Assembly: GCA_021809755.1 (NCBI GenBank)
Contig: JAJZJZ010000001.1
Span: 24,204 to 88,203, forward strand
DNA from: Thermoplasmata archaeon
Lineage (GTDB): Archaea > Thermoplasmatota > Thermoplasmata > Thermoplasmatales > Thermoplasmataceae
Reading direction: 5' to 3'
Length of the DNA stretch: 64,000 nt
The notes under the pieces were generated by a model that was not told the origin of the DNA, made no database searches, and saw only the letters and a program-made list of their open reading frames with translations. Positions 21,170 through 30,118 of the stretch are shown piece after piece. Each line of letters starts with the position of its first letter. The first letter of the stretch is position 1. Made by a program: the position numbers and the translations under genes.

Positions 21170-21966
21170 AGCTAAAGTCAATTTTTCCCATAATTGCCAT
21201 TATACTCTTGATCGCAGGTTTAGTTACCATAGTTCCAGTTGATTCGCAGGCAGCCAATGCAACATTCGGCGCCACCCTTAGCTACCCTGGAACAGTTTAC
21301 AGCCTGGAGTATTTCCATCTCAATGTAACAGAAACACCGGGATATTCTAATTATTCAGCCACAGTTTATGCCGCAGCTCAGAATGTAACAAACATGAAAC
21401 CCATAACAGCTGATCAAAAAGTATCTGCCAAAAATGGAACATTTGAATTTTCATTAATTGCACCTAGTTATGCTCCTCAAACTATGTACGTTTATATACA
21501 GGAATCAGCAGAATATAAGGGAGTTCAGGTACAGCATTCACAGGAAATACAGATTAAAGTAGTCTCTCCAATTGTTTTCCATGCACAATTGAGTGATAGC
21601 CTTCCAGTTCCAATATATAATTTAACGGTTCTATTTTATCTGGATGGCCAACAAGTTGGTTCTAAATTTGTATCCTCGCTAACCCCAAACGATACGGTTA
21701 TGGTTAATTTAACTCTCCCTTCTAATCTTGTATCTCAAGGCACCCACACTCTTGAAATTACAGTTAGCAACGCATCGGTGTTTATAGACAGCAGTAAGCA
21801 ATCATATACAACAACATTCTACTACGGAACACCGCCTAACTACAATTGGATTTATTACGTTTCCATAGGAGCTGCAGTTTTCATGGCATTCCTGTTTTTC
21901 GTTGCTACAAGAAGGAAAAAAGGTATGGGTTATGTACCAAAATGGAAGAGAGCCAAGAAAAAATGA
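21166..21966 (+). CDS. Secreted, C-terminally anchored beta-sandwich (CARDB-like) protein
   Basis: Signal peptide, NLTVLFYLDGQQVG...GTHTLEITV, C-terminal TM plus basic tail; ATGA overlap with the aglB stop. Confidence 0.8.
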   Translation: MKLKSIFPIIAIILLIAGLVTIVPVDSQAANATFGATLSYPGTVYSLEYFHLNVTETPGYSNYSATVYAAAQNVTNMKPITADQKVSAKNGTFEFSLIAPSYAPQTMYVYIQESAEYKGVQVQHSQEIQIKVVSPIVFHAQLSDSLPVPIYNLTVLFYLDGQQVGSKFVSSLTPNDTVMVNLTLPSNLVSQGTHTLEITVSNASVFIDSSKQSYTTTFYYGTPPNYNWIYYVSIGAAVFMAFLFFVATRRKKGMGYVPKWKRAKKK

Positions 21967-21969
21967 AAT

Positions 21970-22617
21970 TTAAACCAATATTTTTATTGTTCTGAATTCA
22001 GATTCTATGGCATTCTTTCTTTTTACTCCCGGCTTATCCGAATACTTCTTAAATTTTGTATTGTCGACTAACGTTATCCGAGCTGCAGAGAGCGCGTTAT
22101 TGTGAATAGAGTGAGGACCGCTTGTCCCCCTTTCATTTACAATAGTATATTCTAAATTTAGATTCGAAATTTCAGAAATAAGTTTCTTCCGGTTCGGTTT
22201 ATCACCATTTCCAACCTTTATTTCGAAAAACTTGTAATTATAATCACATAGTGCATTTTTTATAAATAAGGCAGCTTCATGGATATCAGGCATTTCCGTT
22301 GCTTCAGTTATTATTAGATCAGCTAAAATTGCTACCCCTGGCCTGGGTCCTGGATCCACACCTATTATGACAGAAGAGAACTGTCTTTTGCCCGCTAATA
22401 TGGGCAAGGCCCTTCTTATTGCTCTTATTGGTGAATTCTCTCTTATCTGAAATCTATCCATTAGCTTATCCTTGGAAGAGCTCAGGATTACAGGAATATC
22501 TACAGGTATATCCGAAATATCATCAATAGAACAAAAGGGGAGGCCCCAGTCTTTTAACTCCTTAATGGTCTTATAATAAAATCTGAAGTCGTCGGTATAA
22601 ATCCCGAACCGTACCAT
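21970..22617 (-). CDS. Uncharacterised protein with RNase H-like (YqgF/RuvC-like) nuclease domain
   Basis: IIGVDPGPRPGVA, VGNG, VNERGTS, NALSAARI pattern. Confidence 0.6.
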   Translation of the reverse strand: MVRFGIYTDDFRFYYKTIKELKDWGLPFCSIDDISDIPVDIPVILSSSKDKLMDRFQIRENSPIRAIRRALPILAGKRQFSSVIIGVDPGPRPGVAILADLIITEATEMPDIHEAALFIKNALCDYNYKFFEIKVGNGDKPNRKKLISEISNLNLEYTIVNERGTSGPHSIHNNALSAARITLVDNTKFKKYSDKPGVKRKNAIESEFRTIKILV

Positions 22618-22675
22618 TCAATATTGTATGCATAAAATATTATTAAAACCTTTTGAAGTTTGATTTTATTTCATA

Positions 22676-24016
22676 TTACATTCTATTACTTTCTAACTGA
22701 TCTGATACCATCTTATCCACGATCTCTATGAATTGTTTTTCAGTTCCTCTGGGTATAACTCCTCCTGCGGCAATATCATGTCCTCCTCCACTGCCTCCAA
22801 CTTTCTTGCAGGCATCTTTCATTATGAGAGATAGATTAAGACCTTTATTAACGTGGTTTCTTGTTCCCCTGGATGAGATTAATGTGTTATTATCTCCGGC
22901 ATTAAAACCTATTACTGGTTTCGTTTGATCCGCTACATATAACATAAGGATACCGCTTATGGACCCTGCCATTTCAGATCCTGGTGCGTAAAAATATTGG
23001 ATATTTTTCTCCTTTACCATTTCCTTATAAGAACGGTAAGCATAATCAATAAGTTTAGTTTCAAAGGCCTTCCAATTTAATTGCATCTGTTCTAAAAGCT
23101 TTTTATCACCAAGGAAATAATGAACTGGAATGGCGTTCGATCCAAGTTTAGCATTTGCATCTATTATTTTTGAAAGAGATTTTCCGGAAAATCCATCTTC
23201 AAAAAGGAAGTCTTCTGTTTCCAAATACTTCAATGCTTCTGATTCGCATCCTTGAAGCGCTAATTTGGCAAAAAGAGCTTTTCCTAGTTTTAAATTTTCA
23301 TCATCGTTTAAACTTGCAATTTCCTTGCCCGGTTCGAATCCAAGACCTGTCAGGAACTCCTTTATATTATCTGTTTTGCCCGTTAAATCATAGTAAAAAG
23401 GATCCGTAGAAAAGGTGAGTGCATCGAGCAGGGTGGTTCCGTTCAAGTTCAACCGTTTGTGAAGCTTATATGATTTTCCATACTCTTTAATAATGACTGA
23501 ATTTAGCCCCTTAAAACCTCCGATGTCCTGTTTATCTGCTATGGCTCCTGCCACCATAAATTTAAGAAGATCTCTGTTCGATTCATCTATTGCCAAGGCC
23601 ATTAGTAAAGCCATTGTAGCACCACACGCCTCAGTAGTGCCGTTGAAACCATAATCCCTTACATTTATGTTTAGAGATTTCGAAGATGATTCTTCATAAT
23701 AGTGGTGATCAAGAACAATTATATTTTCCATATCTGGTACAAATTTCATCTGGTCAGAACCTGCATCTGCTATCAAAGTAAGATTGTAAGGTTCTTCCTG
23801 TAACCTTTTTTTGAATCCATCTTCGCTCAGATCCTTTATAAAACTTAAATGGTAGGGTATCTTAAGTCTTTCAAGAGCTGTAACTAAAATAATTGCCGCG
23901 CTAGTCCCATCACCATCATAATGGGTTAAAATTCTAATGTATGGTGAGTGAATTATTTTTTCCTTCGCTACGTTTAGTGCATTAAAAAATTTTATAGGAA
24001 TAATGTCCTTTAACAT
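22676..24016 (-). CDS. DHH-family RecJ/Cdc45-like nuclease (GAN-type)
   Basis: HYDGDG, IADAG, LDHH, GAIAD and DHHA1 GGGHDIAAG; directly downstream of rps15, as in other archaea. Confidence 0.88.
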   Translation of the reverse strand: MLKDIIPIKFFNALNVAKEKIIHSPYIRILTHYDGDGTSAAIILVTALERLKIPYHLSFIKDLSEDGFKKRLQEEPYNLTLIADAGSDQMKFVPDMENIIVLDHHYYEESSSKSLNINVRDYGFNGTTEACGATMALLMALAIDESNRDLLKFMVAGAIADKQDIGGFKGLNSVIIKEYGKSYKLHKRLNLNGTTLLDALTFSTDPFYYDLTGKTDNIKEFLTGLGFEPGKEIASLNDDENLKLGKALFAKLALQGCESEALKYLETEDFLFEDGFSGKSLSKIIDANAKLGSNAIPVHYFLGDKKLLEQMQLNWKAFETKLIDYAYRSYKEMVKEKNIQYFYAPGSEMAGSISGILMLYVADQTKPVIGFNAGDNNTLISSRGTRNHVNKGLNLSLIMKDACKKVGGSGGGHDIAAGGVIPRGTEKQFIEIVDKMVSDQLESNRM

Positions 24017-24018
24017 AA

Positions 24019-24456
24019 CTATAGAACTTTATTAAGTTCCCACTCTGGAGCCAAATATCCTTCTCTCTTGTAATATTTTACTAATCTCAGCATTTTGGCC
24101 ATGATCAAGTTTTTCCCCCTAGTATTGCTCATATCTCTTTTATTAGCGACAATATGTTTTGATACCCTTTTATATTTCTGGATAAGACTGTTTAGGTCTT
24201 CTGGTATAGCTGGACTACTATTGTTTTCCCGAAGGATCTTTCCAATTTTTGCGTTAAGCACGTGCTTTGTTCCAGGAATTCCATATTGGTCCCTAAGTCT
24301 GATTCCAATCTGAGAAGAAGTTAAATGCTCCTTCTGTGAATTCAATATGATTTCTGTTATTTCATTAGGGCTCTGTTCTACCCAAGCATGGCCATTCGCC
24401 AAATATACATTCTTTGAGCCAGATTTTCCCCTCTTCCTTTTATGCATTCTCGCCAT
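24019..24456 (-). CDS. rps15: 30S ribosomal protein S15 (uS15)
   Basis: MARMHKRKRGKSGS, IGIRLRDQYGIP, IPEDL, RLVKYYK. Confidence 0.97.
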   Translation of the reverse strand: MARMHKRKRGKSGSKNVYLANGHAWVEQSPNEITEIILNSQKEHLTSSQIGIRLRDQYGIPGTKHVLNAKIGKILRENNSSPAIPEDLNSLIQKYKRVSKHIVANKRDMSNTRGKNLIMAKMLRLVKYYKREGYLAPEWELNKVL

Positions 24457-25025
24457 TAATCATCCCTGTTGGTTAACAGAGATGAATTTGGTATTAATTA
24501 TGTTTATGATTTTCTGTTGTTTGCATTTATCGTATTTTCGAAGAAGAATTTTAGTTTTGTGTAAGTTACACAGATTTCAAAGGTAAATTTTAAGCGTGTA
24601 ACGAGTTGTGAATCACTTTGAATTCAGAGAAATCATCCATGAAGGCTTATTTAAAAATGCTATTAAAGAGCATATAGATTTATAACGCAGCTCCTTAAAG
24701 GAAACTTTATTCCCACAACATGGCATTCTTGGAATACACAGATCTAACTTGAAAAATTTCAGAGATTCAATTGCGACATTAACCGCATTATTTGAGAAGT
24801 ATCAAAATCGTTGATGGAATACCCGGATATGGGAAGAATGTTTTTCTAAATATATTTGCGAGTATTCCGCTATTTGTTTTTCTTTTCATAGATGCCATTT
24901 CTAATCTCCACATTAACTTCTTTTCCATGTACGCATTCCGGAATATCTAAATCCTGCGGAACCGAACCAAACCTAACTTTAAATGTCTAAAAAAGTAGCA
25001 CTGTAAATATATAGAATGAAATTCT

Positions 25026-26399
25026 ATGGATATTATGAAGACTGATGTCTTAATTATAGGAGCAGGAGGAGGAGCATACCCTGCTGCATTCAGACTTGCC
25101 CGTTCTGGTTATGATGTTGTTATGGTTGATCCTAAAGGGGTGCTGGGGGGAAATTGCCTTTATTTGGGATGTATACCGTCAAAAACGATAAGGGAAATGA
25201 TACAGCTTTATGAGCGTTCAAAGAGACTCTTAGAAGCAAACGTTGGTAAGGATTTCAGTTGGTATCAGGTTCATAAGGAATCTGTTCAGAAAATTAGATT
25301 TGAACAGCACAACATTGAGCTATCAGAATTTCCGAATGTGCATTTTTTAAAGGCAACTGCCTCATTTAAAAATAAGAATGAAGCTTTGATAAAACAGGAA
25401 GGAAAGGAATTCTCTGTAACATTTGATCATTGCATCATCGCAACAGGAACATCCGTTGCAAGATTGAAATTTCCAGGATCAGAATTTTGCATTACAAGCG
25501 ATGATATTTTTTCTTATGGGTCATCATTCAAGAAGATTCCTGAAAGCATCGTAATTGTTGGTGCAGGTTATATTGCACTAGAGATTGCAAGCATGTTCTC
25601 CGCTCTTGGATCTTTAGTTCATCTTCTGGTTAGAACTGATGTTACTTTAAGAAATGTGGATCAGGATCTTGTCAAGATGGCCCTGCCTTCTATCGCACGC
25701 TTTCAAATGCACTATAATGCAAACATACTTGAAGTTACAAAAAATGGAAGTTACCTATCTGTCAAATATAATGAAAGTGGAAAAGAACAGGAAATCACTG
25801 CCGACACTGTTATAATGGCAGTAGGCAGAGATCCGCAATTACCTGAAGGAGTCAACTCGCTCGGAATTGAGATCAATCAGAAAGGATTTATCTCAACAAC
25901 TGAGACACTTCAAACCACTATTCCTTGGATATATGCAACCGGAGACGTGAACGGTAAAGCACCCTATTTCCATGCGGCTGTAAGGGAAGCAATGGTGGCT
26001 GCCAATAACATAATTGCAGGCGATCAACCAGTTGATTATATAGATTATAGAAACATCCCCGTGGCTATTTTTACTTTTCCACCAATTGCATATGTAGGTA
26101 TAACCAGATCTTCAGCAACAAAAATTGGCATGAAGATTGTAGAAGGCTGCTACAAACTATCCACTGATTCAAGAAGCCAGATGTATGATGAAAAAGAAGG
26201 AGAAATAAGATTGTTCTTTGAAAAAGGCAGCATGAAAATAGTTGGCGGATGGATTTTTGGCATTGATGCTCCTGATCTAATAAATGAGATAGGTCTGGCA
26301 GTATCAAACTCACTGACTGCTAGGCAGATGGCAGAATTTGCAGATCAACACCCAACTACCAACGAAGGCATATCAAAGATTGCTAGGAACTTTGTTTAA
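25026..26399 (+). CDS. Dihydrolipoamide dehydrogenase-like pyridine nucleotide-disulfide oxidoreductase
   Basis: GAGGGA FAD motif, GGNCLYLGCIPSK redox disulfide, GAGYIALE, ATGD, HPTTNE. Confidence 0.88.
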   Translation: MDIMKTDVLIIGAGGGAYPAAFRLARSGYDVVMVDPKGVLGGNCLYLGCIPSKTIREMIQLYERSKRLLEANVGKDFSWYQVHKESVQKIRFEQHNIELSEFPNVHFLKATASFKNKNEALIKQEGKEFSVTFDHCIIATGTSVARLKFPGSEFCITSDDIFSYGSSFKKIPESIVIVGAGYIALEIASMFSALGSLVHLLVRTDVTLRNVDQDLVKMALPSIARFQMHYNANILEVTKNGSYLSVKYNESGKEQEITADTVIMAVGRDPQLPEGVNSLGIEINQKGFISTTETLQTTIPWIYATGDVNGKAPYFHAAVREAMVAANNIIAGDQPVDYIDYRNIPVAIFTFPPIAYVGITRSSATKIGMKIVEGCYKLSTDSRSQMYDEKEGEIRLFFEKGSMKIVGGWIFGIDAPDLINEIGLAVSNSLTARQMAEFADQHPTTNEGISKIARNFV

Positions 26400-26873
26400 T
26401 CTTAGAATGTCATAATATGTTAAGCAAGCTTTTAACACTCTTTTCAAGTGGATTATTGATCAGTTACCACTGATTTATAAAACTTTTATTCATTAACAGA
26501 TTGAATTTGGTTTTTGCTATCTTCAAGTTATACTCAAATCAAATCCATATAAATAGGTTATCGATTTCTTTGGTTTACAATTCTAAAGCTCAATTACTAT
26601 GGATTTTTATAAATTCCCGTTACATTATTCAAATGGAACAATTTCTAGTTTGCTTTCTTCTCTCTGTGACAGTAAACAAATTGCATAATGATGGTCTCAT
26701 AGATTGAGCAAATGTGGCTAAACCTATTACATTGAATATGCTCTTGGATTACAAAATATCTGACGAGTATTCATTTGGAACAGACTGTGAGTAATGAATT
26801 TCTTAGCTCCGATTACTACAAAATACTTTTAACTCAATATAATTTGTACATTAACAACAGGTGATATGAAGAA

Positions 26874-28694
26874 ATGATTGCTTTAGAGGAAAGAAACAAA
26901 TTCCCGGAGATTAGATTCGCTAGTGATTTTGAGATAAGCAAGAACGCACCATTCAAAACTGTGGAAGAGTTCATAGGAACAATGGGTAACATTATCAATA
27001 GCGATATGATGATAATGAGGGTTACTGAAAGTCTTTGCCCTATATGCGTTGATGACGAAAAGTTTGATCAGATGAGAATCCCAGCTATTGTATATGAGCA
27101 GGGAGGAGAAGTCAGACTAATCAAAGAATGTGCTGAACACGGTATAACAAAAGAAAAATACTGGGAAGATTATGAAATGTATCAGGAAGCCAAGAAGTGG
27201 GCAGATGGCGGAGTAAGAATTTTGAACCCACATGTGGCTTACCTTGAATCAAAGATTGTATGCCCAACTCACTGTGGATTGTGCGTTAAACACAAATCAC
27301 ACACTGGTCTCGGAAATGTAGTTGTAACAAACCGGTGTGATTTATCATGCTGGTATTGTTTCTTCTATGCAAAGGAAAACGAGCCAATTTATGAGCCATC
27401 ACAGGACCAAGTCAGAATGATGCTCAGGAGAATGAGAAACGAAAAGCCAGTAGGTGCAAATGCAGTTCAGATTACAGGAGGAGAACCAACAATAAGAGAC
27501 GATATCCTTGATATCGTTAAGATAGCAAGAGAAGAAGGATATGAGCACATTCAGCTTAACACAAACAGTATCAGAGCTGCATTCGATCCAGACTTCCCCA
27601 AGAAGGTCAGGGAAGCCGGTTCAAATGTCGTTTATACAAGTTTTGATGGTCCAACCCCCAGAGCAAACCCGAAGAATTTCTGGGAAATACCAGCAGCGCT
27701 TGAGAACTACAAGAAGGCACCAATGGGAGTAGTTTTAGTTCCAACCGTTATAGGTGGAATTAATGATATGTACCTTGGAGATATTATAAAGTTCGGTATA
27801 TCAAACATTGATGCAGTCAGAGCAGTAAATTTCCAGCCAGTAAGTCTTGTAGGCAGGATGCCTGACAGAATGAGAGAAAAGCAGAGAGTTACTATACCTG
27901 GATGTATAAAAAAGATTGAACAGCAGACAGATGGTATGATTGGAAGAGAAGACTTTTTCACAGTTCCTTCAACAACAAAGGTTTCTAACTTTGTTGAGCA
28001 GCTGAAGGGAAAGGAGATGTACAAACTTTCAATACACTTTGCCTGTGGAATGGGAACATACATCTTCAAGGAAGGAGACAAAATTACACCCATTACAAGA
28101 TTTATGGATGTAAGAGGAATCTTCGAATATATTGGAGAAATGGCCGATGAGGTTAAGGACTCTAACTTTAAAGCTCTCAAGAAAGCTTCAACTGTTACAA
28201 GATTGATGGCTAACCTCAGAAAGTTTGTTGACTACGAGAAAGCTCCAAAGGACTTCAAGTTGAAGGATATGCTTTACAATGCATTCACAGATGGTGATTA
28301 CCACGGTCTGAAAGCTTTCCATTACAAGAGTATGTTCGTTGGCTTCATGCACTTCATGGACCCATACACGTATGATGTTGACAGAGTAGAGAGATGTGAC
28401 ATCCACTATGCAATGCCCGATGGAAGAGTAGTTCCATTCTGTGCTTTCAACGTAATTCCTGAATTGTACAGAGATGCAACGCAGAGAAAGTATTCCATTC
28501 CAGCAAAAACATATGAACAGAAAACTGGAAAGATCCTAAAAAAGGAGAAGTACTTCAGAGAATATACAATGGAAGAAAAGAGATCGATCATTGATTTCTA
28601 TGAAAGAAGCATAGGAAGAAAGCTTTCACAGGATGAAATTGGATTGAATCTTGAGGAACAGATACCAGTTATATCTTCAGAAAAGCCAGAGTAA
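26874..28694 (+). CDS. tes: Tetraether lipid synthase (GDGT-MAS), radical SAM
   Basis: N-terminal CPIC...KECAEHG, CPTHCGLC, TNRCDLSCWYC, HFACG, MHFMDPY...RCDIHY...PFCAFN; SD AGGTGA. Confidence 0.92.
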   Translation: MIALEERNKFPEIRFASDFEISKNAPFKTVEEFIGTMGNIINSDMMIMRVTESLCPICVDDEKFDQMRIPAIVYEQGGEVRLIKECAEHGITKEKYWEDYEMYQEAKKWADGGVRILNPHVAYLESKIVCPTHCGLCVKHKSHTGLGNVVVTNRCDLSCWYCFFYAKENEPIYEPSQDQVRMMLRRMRNEKPVGANAVQITGGEPTIRDDILDIVKIAREEGYEHIQLNTNSIRAAFDPDFPKKVREAGSNVVYTSFDGPTPRANPKNFWEIPAALENYKKAPMGVVLVPTVIGGINDMYLGDIIKFGISNIDAVRAVNFQPVSLVGRMPDRMREKQRVTIPGCIKKIEQQTDGMIGREDFFTVPSTTKVSNFVEQLKGKEMYKLSIHFACGMGTYIFKEGDKITPITRFMDVRGIFEYIGEMADEVKDSNFKALKKASTVTRLMANLRKFVDYEKAPKDFKLKDMLYNAFTDGDYHGLKAFHYKSMFVGFMHFMDPYTYDVDRVERCDIHYAMPDGRVVPFCAFNVIPELYRDATQRKYSIPAKTYEQKTGKILKKEKYFREYTMEEKRSIIDFYERSIGRKLSQDEIGLNLEEQIPVISSEKPE

Positions 28695-29105
28695 TTTTAT
28701 TACTCAACTAAATTTTTATTCCAAAACAAATTTTCATTTATTTTTTTGGTTAAATATTTGTTTAACACTTCATTTTAGAAATGTTTTAATTTAACTGTTA
28801 TTGTGAGTGTTACAAAGGATCAATCTTAAAGAATTATAAACAATAATTTGGAGTTATCAATTCTTATAATATCTGGAGTGAAAAAGACCTTGGAACGTAA
28901 TGTGAACAGAAATAAACTATATGTTCCCTGAAATTTCAAGAATATTGTATTATTAGAGAACGGGTTTTGCCTGGCAAACAGACTAAATTTTTTTAGAGGC
29001 ATATCTTTCGAATGTTATATACATTAAATTTAATAGGTTATTTTCTTTGTTCTACCCTGAAAGGAGAGAGAGTTAATTAAATATACGAGATAGAAGGTTA
29101 AAACC

Positions 29106-29519
29106 ATGAAACGAAACTATGAATTATTAGAGCAAACCTCGGATATACGCATCAGAATTTTTGGAGATAATTTAGAGAATATTATTCTCAATGGTATCAA
29201 AGCTTTCAATGAGGTAGTATATAGTGGTCAGATTAAGAAATATCAAAAAATATTACAGTTTGAACTGAGATTTGACCGAGAAGATTTGATGATAGTTAAT
29301 GTCTTTTCTTGGTTGATTCTTCAATTAGATTCTTATAATGTTCTTATAAATCCAATTGAAATTTTGGAAAATAAAGAAGAACGAATTTTAACTATTAATT
29401 ATACCAAGTTTATCCCTCTCAAAGTTGCATATTTTAATTTTGTTCCCAAAGGTGCAACCTATAATGAAGTTATTTTCAATGTCGTGGAAGGATATGCAGA
29501 AATAACTATCGACACATGA
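29106..29519 (+). CDS. Archease (SHS2 domain), divergent
   Basis: YELLEQTSDIRIRIFG, PKGATYNE, C-terminal IDT. Confidence 0.75.
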   Translation: MKRNYELLEQTSDIRIRIFGDNLENIILNGIKAFNEVVYSGQIKKYQKILQFELRFDREDLMIVNVFSWLILQLDSYNVLINPIEILENKEERILTINYTKFIPLKVAYFNFVPKGATYNEVIFNVVEGYAEITIDT

Positions 29520-29567
29520 ATTGCTAAAAACTCATAATTCTTAATATATAATTAAATATAAGGGCTG

Positions 29568-30113
29568 ATGGTAGATTTAGTTCCTAAAAAATTGTTCTTT
29601 ACCCGAGGTGTCGGTAGAGGACATAGTATGTTGATGTCTTTTGAAGAAGCGCTTAGGGATGGAGGGATAGCTCAATTCAATTTGGTTAGCGTAAGTTCTA
29701 TATTTCCTCCACATGCCGAGGCAATCTCCAGAGAGGAAGGCCTTAAACTATTGAACCCCGGACAGATACTCTTCACAGTGTTAGCCAGAAATTCCAGTGA
29801 TGAATTGAATAGAATGATTTCTGCAGCAATAGGATACGCAATTCCTACAGACAGAAGCAAATGGGGGTATCTAAGTGAACACCACAGTTATGGAGAAACT
29901 GAACATGGTGCTGGATTTTTTGCAGAGAAACTAGCTGCTGAAATGCTAGCCAGCACAACTGGTATGCAGAATGATCTCACATGGGATCAGGAAAAGGAAG
30001 AATATGTCCTTAAGGATAAGATATTGACTACAAAAAATATATGCTCAACAGCCGTAGTTATGAAGGGTGGGGAATGGACCACCGTAATTTCAGCGGCTGT
30101 TCTCATCGTGTGA
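29568..30113 (+). CDS. pdaD: Pyruvoyl-dependent arginine decarboxylase
   Basis: [32 protein letters not shown]. Confidence 0.92.
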   Translation: MVDLVPKKLFFTRGVGRGHSMLMSFEEALRDGGIAQFNLVSVSSIFPPHAEAISREEGLKLLNPGQILFTVLARNSSDELNRMISAAIGYAIPTDRSKWGYLSEHHSYGETEHGAGFFAEKLAAEMLASTTGMQNDLTWDQEKEEYVLKDKILTTKNICSTAVVMKGGEWTTVISAAVLIV

Positions 30114-30118
30114 GGGAA

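Noticed and set aside
26501..26707. 68-aa ORF upstream of tes
   Set aside because: TTG start without SD, no recognisable motifs, non-coding-like composition.
28695..29105. AT-rich gap considered as a replication origin
   Set aside because: No convincing repeated ORB motifs and no adjacent orc1/cdc6 gene.
30041..30118. N-terminal extension of LeuRS in the ORF track
   Set aside because: Overlaps pdaD; ATG 30119 gives a normal N-terminus.
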